Positions 1-8,547 of a stretch of 46,713 bases of DNA are shown in pieces (within the stretch, counting starts at the first letter, position 1; every line of letters begins with the position of its first letter). Below the pieces are notes generated by a model, which did not search any database, was not told the DNA's origin, and worked only from the letters and a program-made list of their open reading frames with translations. The DNA is taken from the sequence record SRR2962707_2686; one strand, given 5' to 3'. Made by a program: the position numbers and the translations under genes.

Positions 1-41
1 TCCGCTGCGCTCCAAACCAGCCGCAAATGCGGGCGTTAGAG
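1..41 (+). mobile_element. Integron attC site, 3' part (cut by window edge)
   Basis: Ends in R' core GTTAGAG (35-41). GTTAGAGGG is the exact reverse complement of CCCTCTAAC (828-836) at the far end of the same cassette. Confidence 0.8.
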
Positions 42-48
42 GGTAGCC

Positions 49-813
49 ATGGATAGCGCATGCCTAAAGGTCCAAAGAGCTGAAAAACATTACGCTGAGT
101 TGGCGACTCTGATTCGAAAACATAAGCCTTTCAGGTATTTCGTGGAGACCAATTTCAAAACTGGCGAGAAAGCGACGTTTGCGAAGAAGGATGAGGAAGT
201 TACCAATCAAGCAGCAATTATTATTGGCGACATTATCCACAATCTTCGGTCTGCACTCGATCACACGTATTGGAATTGCACCGAGCAATTCGCTAAATCA
301 GATGGCGAAAGGAGATTTATCCAATTTCCTATAACCTCAAACGAGAAAGCGCTCAAAGATTCTGTATTGCTAGGTCTTCCTTCGAGAGTGTCTCAATCCT
401 TTGCTGAGGCGCTAGAGAGTCTGAAACCGTACAGAGACGGCGGTAATCGGTTACTTTGCTTGATCCATGATCTCGATGTTATGGACAAGCACAAGCTTCT
501 GATACCTACCGGGAATTTCACCAAAATCACGAGCGCGATGATTCAAAAGCAAGTGCCGGATTTCCCATCCGGACTCGTAGACTGCGGTTTTGGCAATAAT
601 TACCGAGATGTTGGCTGGCAAGTCCAACCGATGACTTGGACGCAAAGAAGAAAAGCTAAAATCCCTCCCTCTAATGTGCTTGAAAAAGAGCTAGATGTTC
701 CCGTTGAGACAGTTCTTTCCGATATTGATTCTGTTCGGCCTGCCCTTGAAGTTCTCCAAGAACTTGTCGAGGTTGCCAAGGTGGCCTGTAAGGTGCTCAG
801 GGAAGGAGTGTAG
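49..813 (+). CDS. Integron cassette hypothetical protein (254 aa; HNLRSALDH...DKH motifs)
   Basis: ORF fills the space between two attC sites; AT-richer than host genes; no family securely recognised. Confidence 0.8.
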   Translation: MDSACLKVQRAEKHYAELATLIRKHKPFRYFVETNFKTGEKATFAKKDEEVTNQAAIIIGDIIHNLRSALDHTYWNCTEQFAKSDGERRFIQFPITSNEKALKDSVLLGLPSRVSQSFAEALESLKPYRDGGNRLLCLIHDLDVMDKHKLLIPTGNFTKITSAMIQKQVPDFPSGLVDCGFGNNYRDVGWQVQPMTWTQRRKAKIPPSNVLEKELDVPVETVLSDIDSVRPALEVLQELVEVAKVACKVLREGV

Positions 814-829
814 TTCAGAAGTAGCAACC

Positions 830-901
830 CTCTAACAAGTTGCTGCATGCGGATAAATTACTCGCTGGGCTCCTAATTTGCCGGTGAGCAAAGCGTTAAG
901 T
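830..901 (+). mobile_element. Integron attC site (72 bp)
   Basis: R'' CTCTAAC; arms TTGCT(G)CA...TGAGCAA with extrahelical G; inner AAATTA/TAATTT; R' GTTAAGT. Confidence 0.9.
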
Positions 902-918
902 TTACATCGGGATCGGTC

Positions 919-1512
919 ATGGATGATATAATACGAGCATCCTGGGGACGCGCTCTTCACCCAGAAACCCTCGAAAACAACATCATCACAGCATCAATAT
1001 TCTCGATGGCTTTCGAAATGCTGAAGAGCAGCATTGTAGAAAAGATCGAAGGTTTCTTTACGAACGGGTTTGATCAGAATGGACCGATTATCAGTCCAGA
1101 ATACAAAGAAAAGGTCCTTTCCCTGAATAGAAGTCCCGTCTACGCGTCATTGAGGTGGCTGCAGGACATGGACGCCATCAATGATGAGGACATGGGGAGG
1201 TTTGAACACGTTAAAAAGTGCCGCAACACGCTGACACACGAAATGCTTCCATTCGCGTCCAGTGGGGTAGATTTCAACGTTGCGGAGGCATTCGACGAAA
1301 TGGTAGCGCTGTTACGGAAAATCGAAATGTGGTGGTTCGAGCATTTTGAAATGGCAATAGATCCGGAATCCTATCCAGGCGATTTAGATCTGGATCAGGT
1401 GATCCCTGGGCCAGTCTGGAGTCTCCAAATGCTTATAGATGTTGCGTTGGGACCAGAGGAAGAGGCCAAGAAGTATTATGATCTGTTTGTGGCAGCCGCA
1501 GACAAAACTTAA
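919..1512 (+). CDS. Integron cassette hypothetical protein (197 aa) with HEPN-like RxxxxH motif
   Basis: ORF between attC sites with its stop codon inside R''; contains RNTLTH. Confidence 0.8.
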   Translation: MDDIIRASWGRALHPETLENNIITASIFSMAFEMLKSSIVEKIEGFFTNGFDQNGPIISPEYKEKVLSLNRSPVYASLRWLQDMDAINDEDMGRFEHVKKCRNTLTHEMLPFASSGVDFNVAEAFDEMVALLRKIEMWWFEHFEMAIDPESYPGDLDLDQVIPGPVWSLQMLIDVALGPEEEAKKYYDLFVAAADKT

Positions 1513-1578
1513 CCAGTGGGTGAAGCCGACCGGTACTACGCTGCTCTCCGTCCCGGCGGCTTACCCAAGGCGTTATAC
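1507..1578 (+). mobile_element. Integron attC site (72 bp)
   Basis: R'' ACTTAAC (AAACTTAAC complements upstream GTTAAGTTT at 895-903); arms TGGGT(G)AAGCCG(A)CCGG / CCGGCGGCTTACCCA; R' GTTATAC. Confidence 0.9.
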
Positions 1579-1595
1579 GCTCGCGAGCAATGCAT

Positions 1596-1661
1596 GGGGT
1601 CAGGTCTTGCGTTTTGCTTATCTAGGCCCGGTTTACCGAAAAGGCAAAACGCAAGCCCCCC
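1596..1661. repeat. GGGGTCAG-type inverted repeat / palindromic element
   Basis: GGGGTCAGGTCTTGCGTTTTGC ... GCAAAACGCAAGCCCCCC; 12-bp perfect stem at 1606-1617/1644-1655. Confidence 0.65.
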
Positions 1662-1821
1662 AAAAAAACCAGGGAGTCATAACCTTCGCGGGTTTCCTTC
1701 CCGCCGGATGGCAATGCTCTGGAAATCCATTCAGTTACGGCCTTGGAGCGGGGTTTTCCGTTGACGCTCCTTGGGGCGGGAGTTCTGCTTACCGTAACGT
1801 GAAAGGCCGGGTCCATGGATA

Positions 1822-2268
1822 ATGAAACGTAACGCATTTTCGGGGAAGCGATCATCAGTTGCCCGTGTGAACCGATTCCTTCCTGCCTTGCTGGTCGTGG
1901 TGGTGTTTCTCGTCGGGTTGGCGATTCTGGCCCCCGAGTCTGAATGGCGATGGTTCGTCGGTTTCTACGCGCTGATGAGCGTGCTGAGCTTTTCACTTTA
2001 TGGCTTGGATAAGCGGACCTCGGTGCGTGGTGGTTGGCGCACGCCCGAGGCGCGGCTGCATCTGGTCGAGCTGCTGGGTGGCTGGCCTGGTGCTTTGCTG
2101 GCGCAGCGGGTATTCCGCCACAAGACCCGCAAGACGTCGTTCCGGGTGGTGTTCTACCTGGCGGTGGCGGCCAATCTGGGGGCGCTGGGGTGGTTGCTCT
2201 TTGCGGATGGCGGGCCGGGTTGGCCGGTACTTTCCGGATTGGGGGAACGCCTTCGGGGCGGCCTTTAG
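1822..2268 (+). CDS. DUF1294 family membrane protein
   Basis: FSLYGLDK...WRTPEARLHLVELLGGWPGALLAQRVFRHKTRK signature. Confidence 0.85.
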   Translation: MKRNAFSGKRSSVARVNRFLPALLVVVVFLVGLAILAPESEWRWFVGFYALMSVLSFSLYGLDKRTSVRGGWRTPEARLHLVELLGGWPGALLAQRVFRHKTRKTSFRVVFYLAVAANLGALGWLLFADGGPGWPVLSGLGERLRGGL

Positions 2269-2373
2269 CGAGGGGCCTGTTGCGTTGTCCGGCCTGACCC
2301 CGGGCCGCGCGGCCAAGGCGTGCCGGTGGGGTTGGTGACATAGTCCGGGCTTGGTTGATGAACTGAGGGTGCT

Positions 2374-2811
2374 ATGACGGCGAGCACATTGGCATTGTGG
2401 AGTTGCGGGCTGTTCTTTCTGGTCGGCCTGCTGACCGGGGTGTGGAAGTACGTTCAGATCAGGGGCAGTGACAAGGCCCGGGCGCATTACTATGTGGACA
2501 TCGCCCACCGGGCGAGCCTGATGTACGCCTTCGCTTGTCTGGTGCTGGAGCGCTTCGCGGTGCTCAGTGTCTGGCCGGAGTGGGTTAACGTGCTGGCGGT
2601 GTTGGCGTCGGTGCTGTTTTTCGCTTTGGCGGTGGGCAGCTATATCCTGCACGGCGCGCTCAAGGACACGCGTAACCAGCTGCAGAAGCCGCACGCTTTC
2701 GGCGCCGGGTCTTTGCCGGCGTGGTTGATAAGCGGTTTCATGTGGGTGTTGGTGATCGCCGAGATCGGTGGTTTCCTGGTGCTGTTCGCGGGCTTCGCCG
2801 CCGCCCCCTGA
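2374..2811 (+). CDS. Integral membrane hypothetical protein
   Basis: About four hydrophobic segments; GVWKY...AHYYVDIAHRASLMY conserved-looking motif; GAGG RBS. Confidence 0.7.
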   Translation: MTASTLALWSCGLFFLVGLLTGVWKYVQIRGSDKARAHYYVDIAHRASLMYAFACLVLERFAVLSVWPEWVNVLAVLASVLFFALAVGSYILHGALKDTRNQLQKPHAFGAGSLPAWLISGFMWVLVIAEIGGFLVLFAGFAAAP

Positions 2812-2879
2812 GCCCGCTGGTTCGCTGCGGTCTCGGTGCACCCTTCATCTATGTTCGCATTGGAAAAAAGGGAAGGGGA

Positions 2880-3335
2880 ATGCGCCCGAACTCAAAGGAA
2901 AAACTAGAAATCCTGAAGGTCGAAATGGGGCTGATACAGGGTACATTCGATAAGTATGATGATTTGATCTTCAGAAACAGGAACTGGTTCATAACCCTAT
3001 GGGCGGGTGCAATTGGTCTGGCGTTTACTATTAAAGACCCGGGAATCATCTTTCTCTCGATACTTGCGGCGGTCCTGTACTGGGTCCTTGAGGGATTTAT
3101 GAGGCATCAGTACTGGTATAAGTATGTTGTACGTTACCGTGCAATTCGGGAATGGCTCAATAGCTCCAAACCGGAAACCATATCCATCTATGATTTGACC
3201 AATCACTATGGCCAGAGGCCCGGAAGGCGAGAAAGAGTCAAGAATTCGTTCCTGAAACTGGAACCCTCGCTGTTAAGTGTAGTGATGATAGTGAGCGCGA
3301 TTATTGCGTACACATTGGTGCCGATAAATGCCTGA
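2880..3335 (+). CDS. AT-rich small membrane protein (about 3 TM), hypothetical
   Basis: ATG at 2880 after a purine-rich RBS; hydrophobic segments; low GC. Confidence 0.65.
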   Translation: MRPNSKEKLEILKVEMGLIQGTFDKYDDLIFRNRNWFITLWAGAIGLAFTIKDPGIIFLSILAAVLYWVLEGFMRHQYWYKYVVRYRAIREWLNSSKPETISIYDLTNHYGQRPGRRERVKNSFLKLEPSLLSVVMIVSAIIAYTLVPINA

Positions 3336-3554
3336 AGGATTGTCAAAGGGTATGCTTTGGTCTTGGCACTTGGGTGACACACGTAATACTTATTACAGTT
3401 GGAACGTTACACCTGTAAAAAAGCGATGCCCGATACGACATGTCCCTTCCCTTACTTCGTGGATGATCCCGTGACTTCATGCTCCTGACGGCCGACAGCG
3501 ATGTTGGTGCGTATTTTGCTGGATATCGCTAACAAAAACGTAAGGAGCACAATA

Positions 3555-4622
3555 ATGAAGGCAGCACGTTTTTATGACCGTGGTGATATCCGCATCGAGG
3601 ACATACCGGAGCCCGTGGTGGAGCCCGGTACGGTGGGTATCGAGGTGGCATGGTGTGGTATCTGTGGTACGGATTTACATGAGTTCATGGAAGGGCCGAT
3701 CTTCATTCCTTCCTGTGGCCATCCGCATCCGATCTCCAAGGAGTCAGCCCCCGTTACCATGGGCCATGAGTTTTCTGGTGTGGTGTATGCCGTGGGTGAG
3801 GGGGTGAGCGACATCGAAGTCGGTCAGCATGTGGTGGTGGAGCCCTACATCGTGGCGGATGACGTGCCCACTGGGCCCGGCGATAAATATCATCTTTCCA
3901 AGAACATGAATTTCATCGGCCTGGGTGGTCGTGGCGGCGGCCTGTCCGAGAAAATTGCGGTTAAGCGCCGTTGGGTGCATCCGATTTCCAAGGATATTCC
4001 GCTGGACCAGGCTGCCTTGATTGAGCCCCTGTCGGTGGGCCATCACGCCTTCACCCGCAGCGGCGCCAAGGCTGGCGATGTGGCGTTGGTCGGTGGGGCG
4101 GGGCCTATTGGCTTACTGCTGTCAGCGATTTTGAAAGCCAAAGGGCTGAGCGTTATCGTCACGGAGCTCAGCAGCGCACGTAAGCAAAAAGCCGCCGAGT
4201 CCGGTGTCGCCGACCACATTCTGGACCCATCCGAAGTGGATGTGGTCGAGGAAGTGATGAAGATCACCGATGGGAGGGGCGTGGATGTGGCGTTTGAATG
4301 CTCCAGCGTGAACAAAGTCCTGGATACCCTGGTGGCTGCGACTGCTTCCGCCGGCGTAGTGGTGATTGTGTCCATCTGGAGTCATCCGGCCACCGTCAAT
4401 GTACATAGTGTGGTAATGAAGGAGCTCGACGTGCGTGGGACCATTGCGTACTGCAATGACCACCAGGAAACGATCAGGCTGGTGGAGGAGGGCAAGATCA
4501 ACCTGGAGCCGTTCATTACCCAGCGCATTCAATTGGATGATTTGGTTTCAAAGGGATTTGATACCCTGATTCATAACAATGAATCGGCGGTGAAAATCAT
4601 TGTTCAGCCTCGAATCAGCTGA
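3555..4622 (+). CDS. 2,3-butanediol dehydrogenase (Zn-dependent MDR)
   Basis: MKAARFYDRGDIRIE, CGICGTDLHE, GHEFSG and GAGPIG motifs; AGGAG RBS. Confidence 0.85.
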   Translation: MKAARFYDRGDIRIEDIPEPVVEPGTVGIEVAWCGICGTDLHEFMEGPIFIPSCGHPHPISKESAPVTMGHEFSGVVYAVGEGVSDIEVGQHVVVEPYIVADDVPTGPGDKYHLSKNMNFIGLGGRGGGLSEKIAVKRRWVHPISKDIPLDQAALIEPLSVGHHAFTRSGAKAGDVALVGGAGPIGLLLSAILKAKGLSVIVTELSSARKQKAAESGVADHILDPSEVDVVEEVMKITDGRGVDVAFECSSVNKVLDTLVAATASAGVVVIVSIWSHPATVNVHSVVMKELDVRGTIAYCNDHQETIRLVEEGKINLEPFITQRIQLDDLVSKGFDTLIHNNESAVKIIVQPRIS

Positions 4623-4877
4623 AAATAGGTGGCGATCCGGGCAGATCTCGCCTTTCCCTATCAATGCTGGACGTGCCCTGGCGAAAGGCCAGGGCTTCAA
4701 GTCTCTCTGACTGCCGTCACGCAAAATAGATCACCTTCCTCACCCCCTTTACTACTTCGCCGGATCCAGAGGTGCCTGGATGCGCTGGCTATTTCGGTTT
4801 GCCGGAACACGGTAAGCTATCGGATTCGGCAAGAGGGATTCCTATTGCCCCTTCTTATATAGTGTGAAGAAATAATT

Positions 4878-5264
4878 ATGATCGTGGTTTATGGAATAAA
4901 GGAAAAGCTTAATCCGATAAAGAGCCGGCTGTCGGATGTCATTCATGGTTGTATGCAATCCGTTCTGGGCATGCCGGAGGATAAGCGTGCGCATCGGTTT
5001 GTGCCTTTGGAGCGGGACGACTTCTATTATCCCGGAGGCCGAAGTGATGCCTACACCGTCATTGAGATCAATATGATGGCGGGCCGCAAGCCGGAGACCC
5101 AGAAGGCGCTGATCAAGGCCATCTTTCGGGAACTGGAAAGCCAGCTGGGGCTTCCTCCCGTGGATGTCGAGATTACCCTCAAGGAACAACAACCCTATCA
5201 GTGGGGCTTTCGAGGCATGACCGGGGACGAGGCAAAGGATCTGAAGTATAACGTGAATGTGTAA
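4878..5264 (+). CDS. Tautomerase family protein
   Basis: PEDKRAHRF...YPGGRSDAYTVIEI...GR...WGFRGMTGDE pattern. Confidence 0.8.
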   Translation: MIVVYGIKEKLNPIKSRLSDVIHGCMQSVLGMPEDKRAHRFVPLERDDFYYPGGRSDAYTVIEINMMAGRKPETQKALIKAIFRELESQLGLPPVDVEITLKEQQPYQWGFRGMTGDEAKDLKYNVNV

Positions 5265-5276
5265 TGCCAACCTGTA

Positions 5277-5705
5277 TTGGCGATGGCGAAGGAAAGCGCC
5301 TGTCGTGGAGCTGCGTCAAAGGGGAGTTTCGCTGACGGTGTTCAACAGCCATTGAGCGGCGGAAATTTTGAGGGCCACAGCGCCGTGGCTCACGCAGCGG
5401 GACGAACCTGTGTCCATTCCGGAGTAAGAGACATTGTGGTGTCCGCCTACAAGAATCTGGAGAGAGCGCAACCGGAGAAGGGCTACAAGTACGCTGAGAG
5501 AGGAAGGGATGGTGCTCTACCTCAAGGATGGTCATATAATCCATGGGCTTTCCACGCATGCTGGTGATCAAGATTTGCCATTGCGCTATTGGTAAATCTG
5601 AAAGCGTTCCTTGGCTCAGAGTTGGGCTGCATTGGTCATGAAGCATCACCGGATGTGGGCGATCCGCAGGAGTTCATGCGAGCAATGAAGAGCCATCAGC
5701 GTTAG
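5277..5705 (+). pseudogene. Frameshifted remnant of a hypothetical gene
   Basis: Protein-like segments in shifting frames (...LKDGHIIHGLSTHAGDQDL / ALLVNLKAFLGSELGCIGHEASPDVGDPQEFMRAMKSHQR*). Confidence 0.4.
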
Positions 5706-5790
5706 TGAGGCTGTTAAACGCACCATTAAAGATCGGGGCGGCCCCCGGGGGCTTGCACTGATGGGATGTTACACTGCATCAGGGCCAGCC

Positions 5791-6207
5791 ATGCCGTTAA
5801 CAATCAACCGCACCATTCTCTTTGGAGACTGCGATCCCGGCGGGGTCGTCTACACACCCAGGATCAGCCATTTCGTGGTTGAAGCCGGGCTGGAGTTCTT
5901 GTCGTCCCTGCTTGAAGGCCCCGCGGCGCGGCGCATCTTCTCAATGGGTGTTCTTCCTCCCGCCCGGGCGCTGTCCATCGAGTTCTTGCATCCGATGACC
6001 TGGGATCAGAAGATCGACATAGAGGTGTCGATCAAGGAGATCGGCGCCCATTCTTTCTCGTTGCTGTTCGTCGCGCAGAACGCCGAGAGAACGGAGACCT
6101 TCCGAGCTTCCCTGACACAAGTTTGTGTATCGCCTGACACCAAGCGCCCGGTTCCGCTGCCTGACGAGTTGCGAATGGCCTTGGAGCGGGACTTGATTGA
6201 TAGGTAG
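5791..6207 (+). CDS. Acyl-CoA thioesterase (4HBT/hotdog fold)
   Basis: FGDCDPGGVVYTP motif; C-terminal RPVPLPDELR. Confidence 0.85.
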   Translation: MPLTINRTILFGDCDPGGVVYTPRISHFVVEAGLEFLSSLLEGPAARRIFSMGVLPPARALSIEFLHPMTWDQKIDIEVSIKEIGAHSFSLLFVAQNAERTETFRASLTQVCVSPDTKRPVPLPDELRMALERDLIDR

Positions 6208-6243
6208 GGAACCCAGGCGCTTTGCTTCGTGGATGGAGCGAAT

Positions 6244-6780
6244 ATGAATAGAAACACCGCCAGCCAGAATCCAGAACTGCTACGCCGCCTGCTGCGTGCC
6301 AAGGACCGGATGGATGCGGCCTCGAACGAGGATTGGCCTGTTTCCCGTCTGGCCAGTGTGAGTTGTGTCTCCGAGGCCCATTTTGCCAGATCCTTCAAGG
6401 AGGCCTTCGGCGTTCCGCCGCACCGTTACCTGCTGACACGGCGTATTGAGCGCGCGACGGCGCAGCTGCGCGACACCGATCTGCCTATCACCGATATCGC
6501 CTTCCGTACCGGCTGGAGGAGCCTGGGGACGTTCGGGCGTACCTTTCGCGATATCACGGGTAGGAGCCCTGGGGAGGTTCGGGTTCAGGAAAGGGCTGCT
6601 CGGCGCGGGCTCGAGAATGTGCCCGCCTGCATCCTGGGAGCCGCCCACCGCCCGGACCTCAGAACCGCAGTTTTGGAGAAGCGGCGCCGTCCGGCTGACG
6701 GTAAAAAAGGGCCCAACCAAAGGAGGTCCTATGACTCAAGGCGTTCAGGTAGCCGGCATATACGTGCGAGACCAGGATGA
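6244..6780 (+). CDS. AraC-family HTH regulator (DNA-binding domain only)
   Basis: LLRAKDRMD...SEAHFARSFKEAFGVPPHRYL...GTFGRTFRDITG. Confidence 0.85.
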   Translation: MNRNTASQNPELLRRLLRAKDRMDAASNEDWPVSRLASVSCVSEAHFARSFKEAFGVPPHRYLLTRRIERATAQLRDTDLPITDIAFRTGWRSLGTFGRTFRDITGRSPGEVRVQERAARRGLENVPACILGAAHRPDLRTAVLEKRRRPADGKKGPNQRRSYDSRRSGSRHIRARPG

Positions 6781-7138
6781 GGCGCTCGCTTTCTATATCG
6801 ATAAGCTCGGATTTCAGGTCCACACGGATGTGCGCAATGGTGATTATCGTTGGCTCACCGTGCGGCACCCGGATCAGCCGTCGTTCCAGCTTGGGCTGCT
6901 CTTGCCGGGGCCGCCGGTACACGATGAGGCAACGGCGCAGGCGCTGCACGCGATGGTGGCCAAAGGCGCGATGCCGGCCCTGGTACTGGAGGTGGACGAT
7001 TGCCGTGCCGCCTATGAGCGGATGCGTGCCCTGGGCGTGGAATTCACGCAGGAACCCGTGGACCGCTACGGCACCGTGGACGCCGGTTTTCGCGATCCGT
7101 CGGGTAATGGCTGGAAGATGATACAGACGCGGGGTTGA
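6731..7138 (+). CDS. VOC/glyoxalase family protein
   Basis: VRDQDEALAFY...LGF...RWLTV...FRDPSGN; AGGAGG RBS at 6721. Confidence 0.9.
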   Translation: MTQGVQVAGIYVRDQDEALAFYIDKLGFQVHTDVRNGDYRWLTVRHPDQPSFQLGLLLPGPPVHDEATAQALHAMVAKGAMPALVLEVDDCRAAYERMRALGVEFTQEPVDRYGTVDAGFRDPSGNGWKMIQTRG

Positions 7139-7293
7139 GGAGGGAGGCCGCCGTCCAATCCGTCCGGGTCGGGCGTTGCTCGGCTGTCTGTCGCCGATGG
7201 GAGCGTTCAGGTTACGTAATTTTGGGGGCTGATGTTTCCGGTCATCTGCCGCTGGGCTGCCTGATCTCGATCTTAATTGGAATGAAAGGAACC

Positions 7294-7707
7294 ATGATGG
7301 ATAACCTGCGTGAAGTGGACGGTGTGCCGATTCGTCCCAAACACAAGGCGACATGCCATTGCGGTTCGGTGGAGCTTGAATTTGATCTCCCCGATGGGCT
7401 GGTTGAGGTGCGCAGGTGTGATTGCTCTCTATGCCGGCGAAGGGGGGCGATAGTGGCCTCGGTGCCCCTGTCTGGTATCCGGATATTGAAAGGCGATGAT
7501 GTTCTCAGGCTGTATCAGTTCAACACGATGACGGCGAAGCATTTCTTTTGCGGTCGTTGCGGGATTTATACTCACCATCAAAGACGCTCCAATCCTTCAC
7601 AGTATGGTTTCAATGTCGCCTGTCTGGAAGGCGTTAATCCATTGAAGATAGAGGGCGTGCCGACCAATGACGGCGTCAATCACCCCGCGGACAGGAGAGA
7701 CCTCTAG
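7294..7707 (+). CDS. GFA (glutathione-dependent formaldehyde-activating) family protein
   Basis: CHCG, CDCSLC and HFFCGRCG zinc motifs. Confidence 0.9.
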   Translation: MMDNLREVDGVPIRPKHKATCHCGSVELEFDLPDGLVEVRRCDCSLCRRRGAIVASVPLSGIRILKGDDVLRLYQFNTMTAKHFFCGRCGIYTHHQRRSNPSQYGFNVACLEGVNPLKIEGVPTNDGVNHPADRRDL

Positions 7708-7785
7708 CTGGTGCCGGTGTGTTAGGGCGCTATACTGTGGGGCGTACCAAGGGCCGTTTGGGCAAAGTTGAAGCTGAGTCTCTGA

Positions 7786-8292
7786 ATGAACTTCGAAATT
7801 CGAGCGGAAGCCGCGTCCGATATTGCGGCCATCCATGATGTAACGGCGGCCGCGTTCCTGAATGCGCCGCACACGGATCATACTGAGCAGTTCATCGTTG
7901 ACGCCTTGCGAGAGGCGGGAGCTCTCACCGTATCGTTGGTGGCGGTGGAAATGGGCAGGGTGATCGGCCAGGTTTCGCTATCACCGGTTTCAATTTCGGA
8001 TGGCGCTTCGGGGTGGTATGGGCTGGGGCCCATCTCGGTCAGCCCGGAGCGCCAGGGGCGCGGTGTCGGTAGCGCGCTTATGAAGGCGGCGTTGAATGCG
8101 CTGAAAGAAATTGACGCGGCAGGCTGTGTGCTCCTCGGGGATCCCGCCTACTACTCCCGTTTTGGCTTCAAGCCGGAGGCGGGCCTGGTGTTGCCTGGCG
8201 TTCCCGCTGAATACTTTCAGGTTCTGCCATTGGGGCCGTCGTTGCCGCGTGGGGTGGTTACCTATCACGCGGCTTTCAATGCCCAGGGCTGA
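7786..8292 (+). CDS. GNAT N-acetyltransferase (YhbS-like)
   Basis: GLGPISVSPERQGRGVG and CVLLGDPAYYSRFGF. Confidence 0.9.
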   Translation: MNFEIRAEAASDIAAIHDVTAAAFLNAPHTDHTEQFIVDALREAGALTVSLVAVEMGRVIGQVSLSPVSISDGASGWYGLGPISVSPERQGRGVGSALMKAALNALKEIDAAGCVLLGDPAYYSRFGFKPEAGLVLPGVPAEYFQVLPLGPSLPRGVVTYHAAFNAQG

Positions 8293-8547
8293 CCGCCCAA
8301 TAAGTGGAATGGATTCTCCGGTTCATGGTGCCTCCCCGGTAACTGACTGAATGCCCGGGGGAGAGGATGGCCGGGAGCTTCCTTTCGCCACTTTGCCCCA
8401 TCACAAAAATCGTCTTATCCTGAATCTCGCCTTGCCGCCGCTTCTTTCCTGAGGTGGTGCTACAGTGGCCTCAACCTGATCCATCTGCTCCGCCACGGGG
8501 CCCTCGGCTTTACTGCCGGCGCCCCGTCCGGACATCGGAGACGCACC

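Noticed and set aside
1516-1764. 82-aa ORF containing MGSGLAF
   Set aside because: It is a translation of attC and palindromic repeat DNA, not a credible gene.
5246-5252. GTATAAC as the R'' partner of the last attC R' (GTTATAC)
   Set aside because: Lies inside the tautomerase CDS 3.7 kb away, with no attC hairpin following.
6731-6780. 50-bp AraC/VOC overlap as a regulatory device
   Set aside because: More simply a low-complexity C-terminal extension of AraC; the VOC gene has its own strong RBS.
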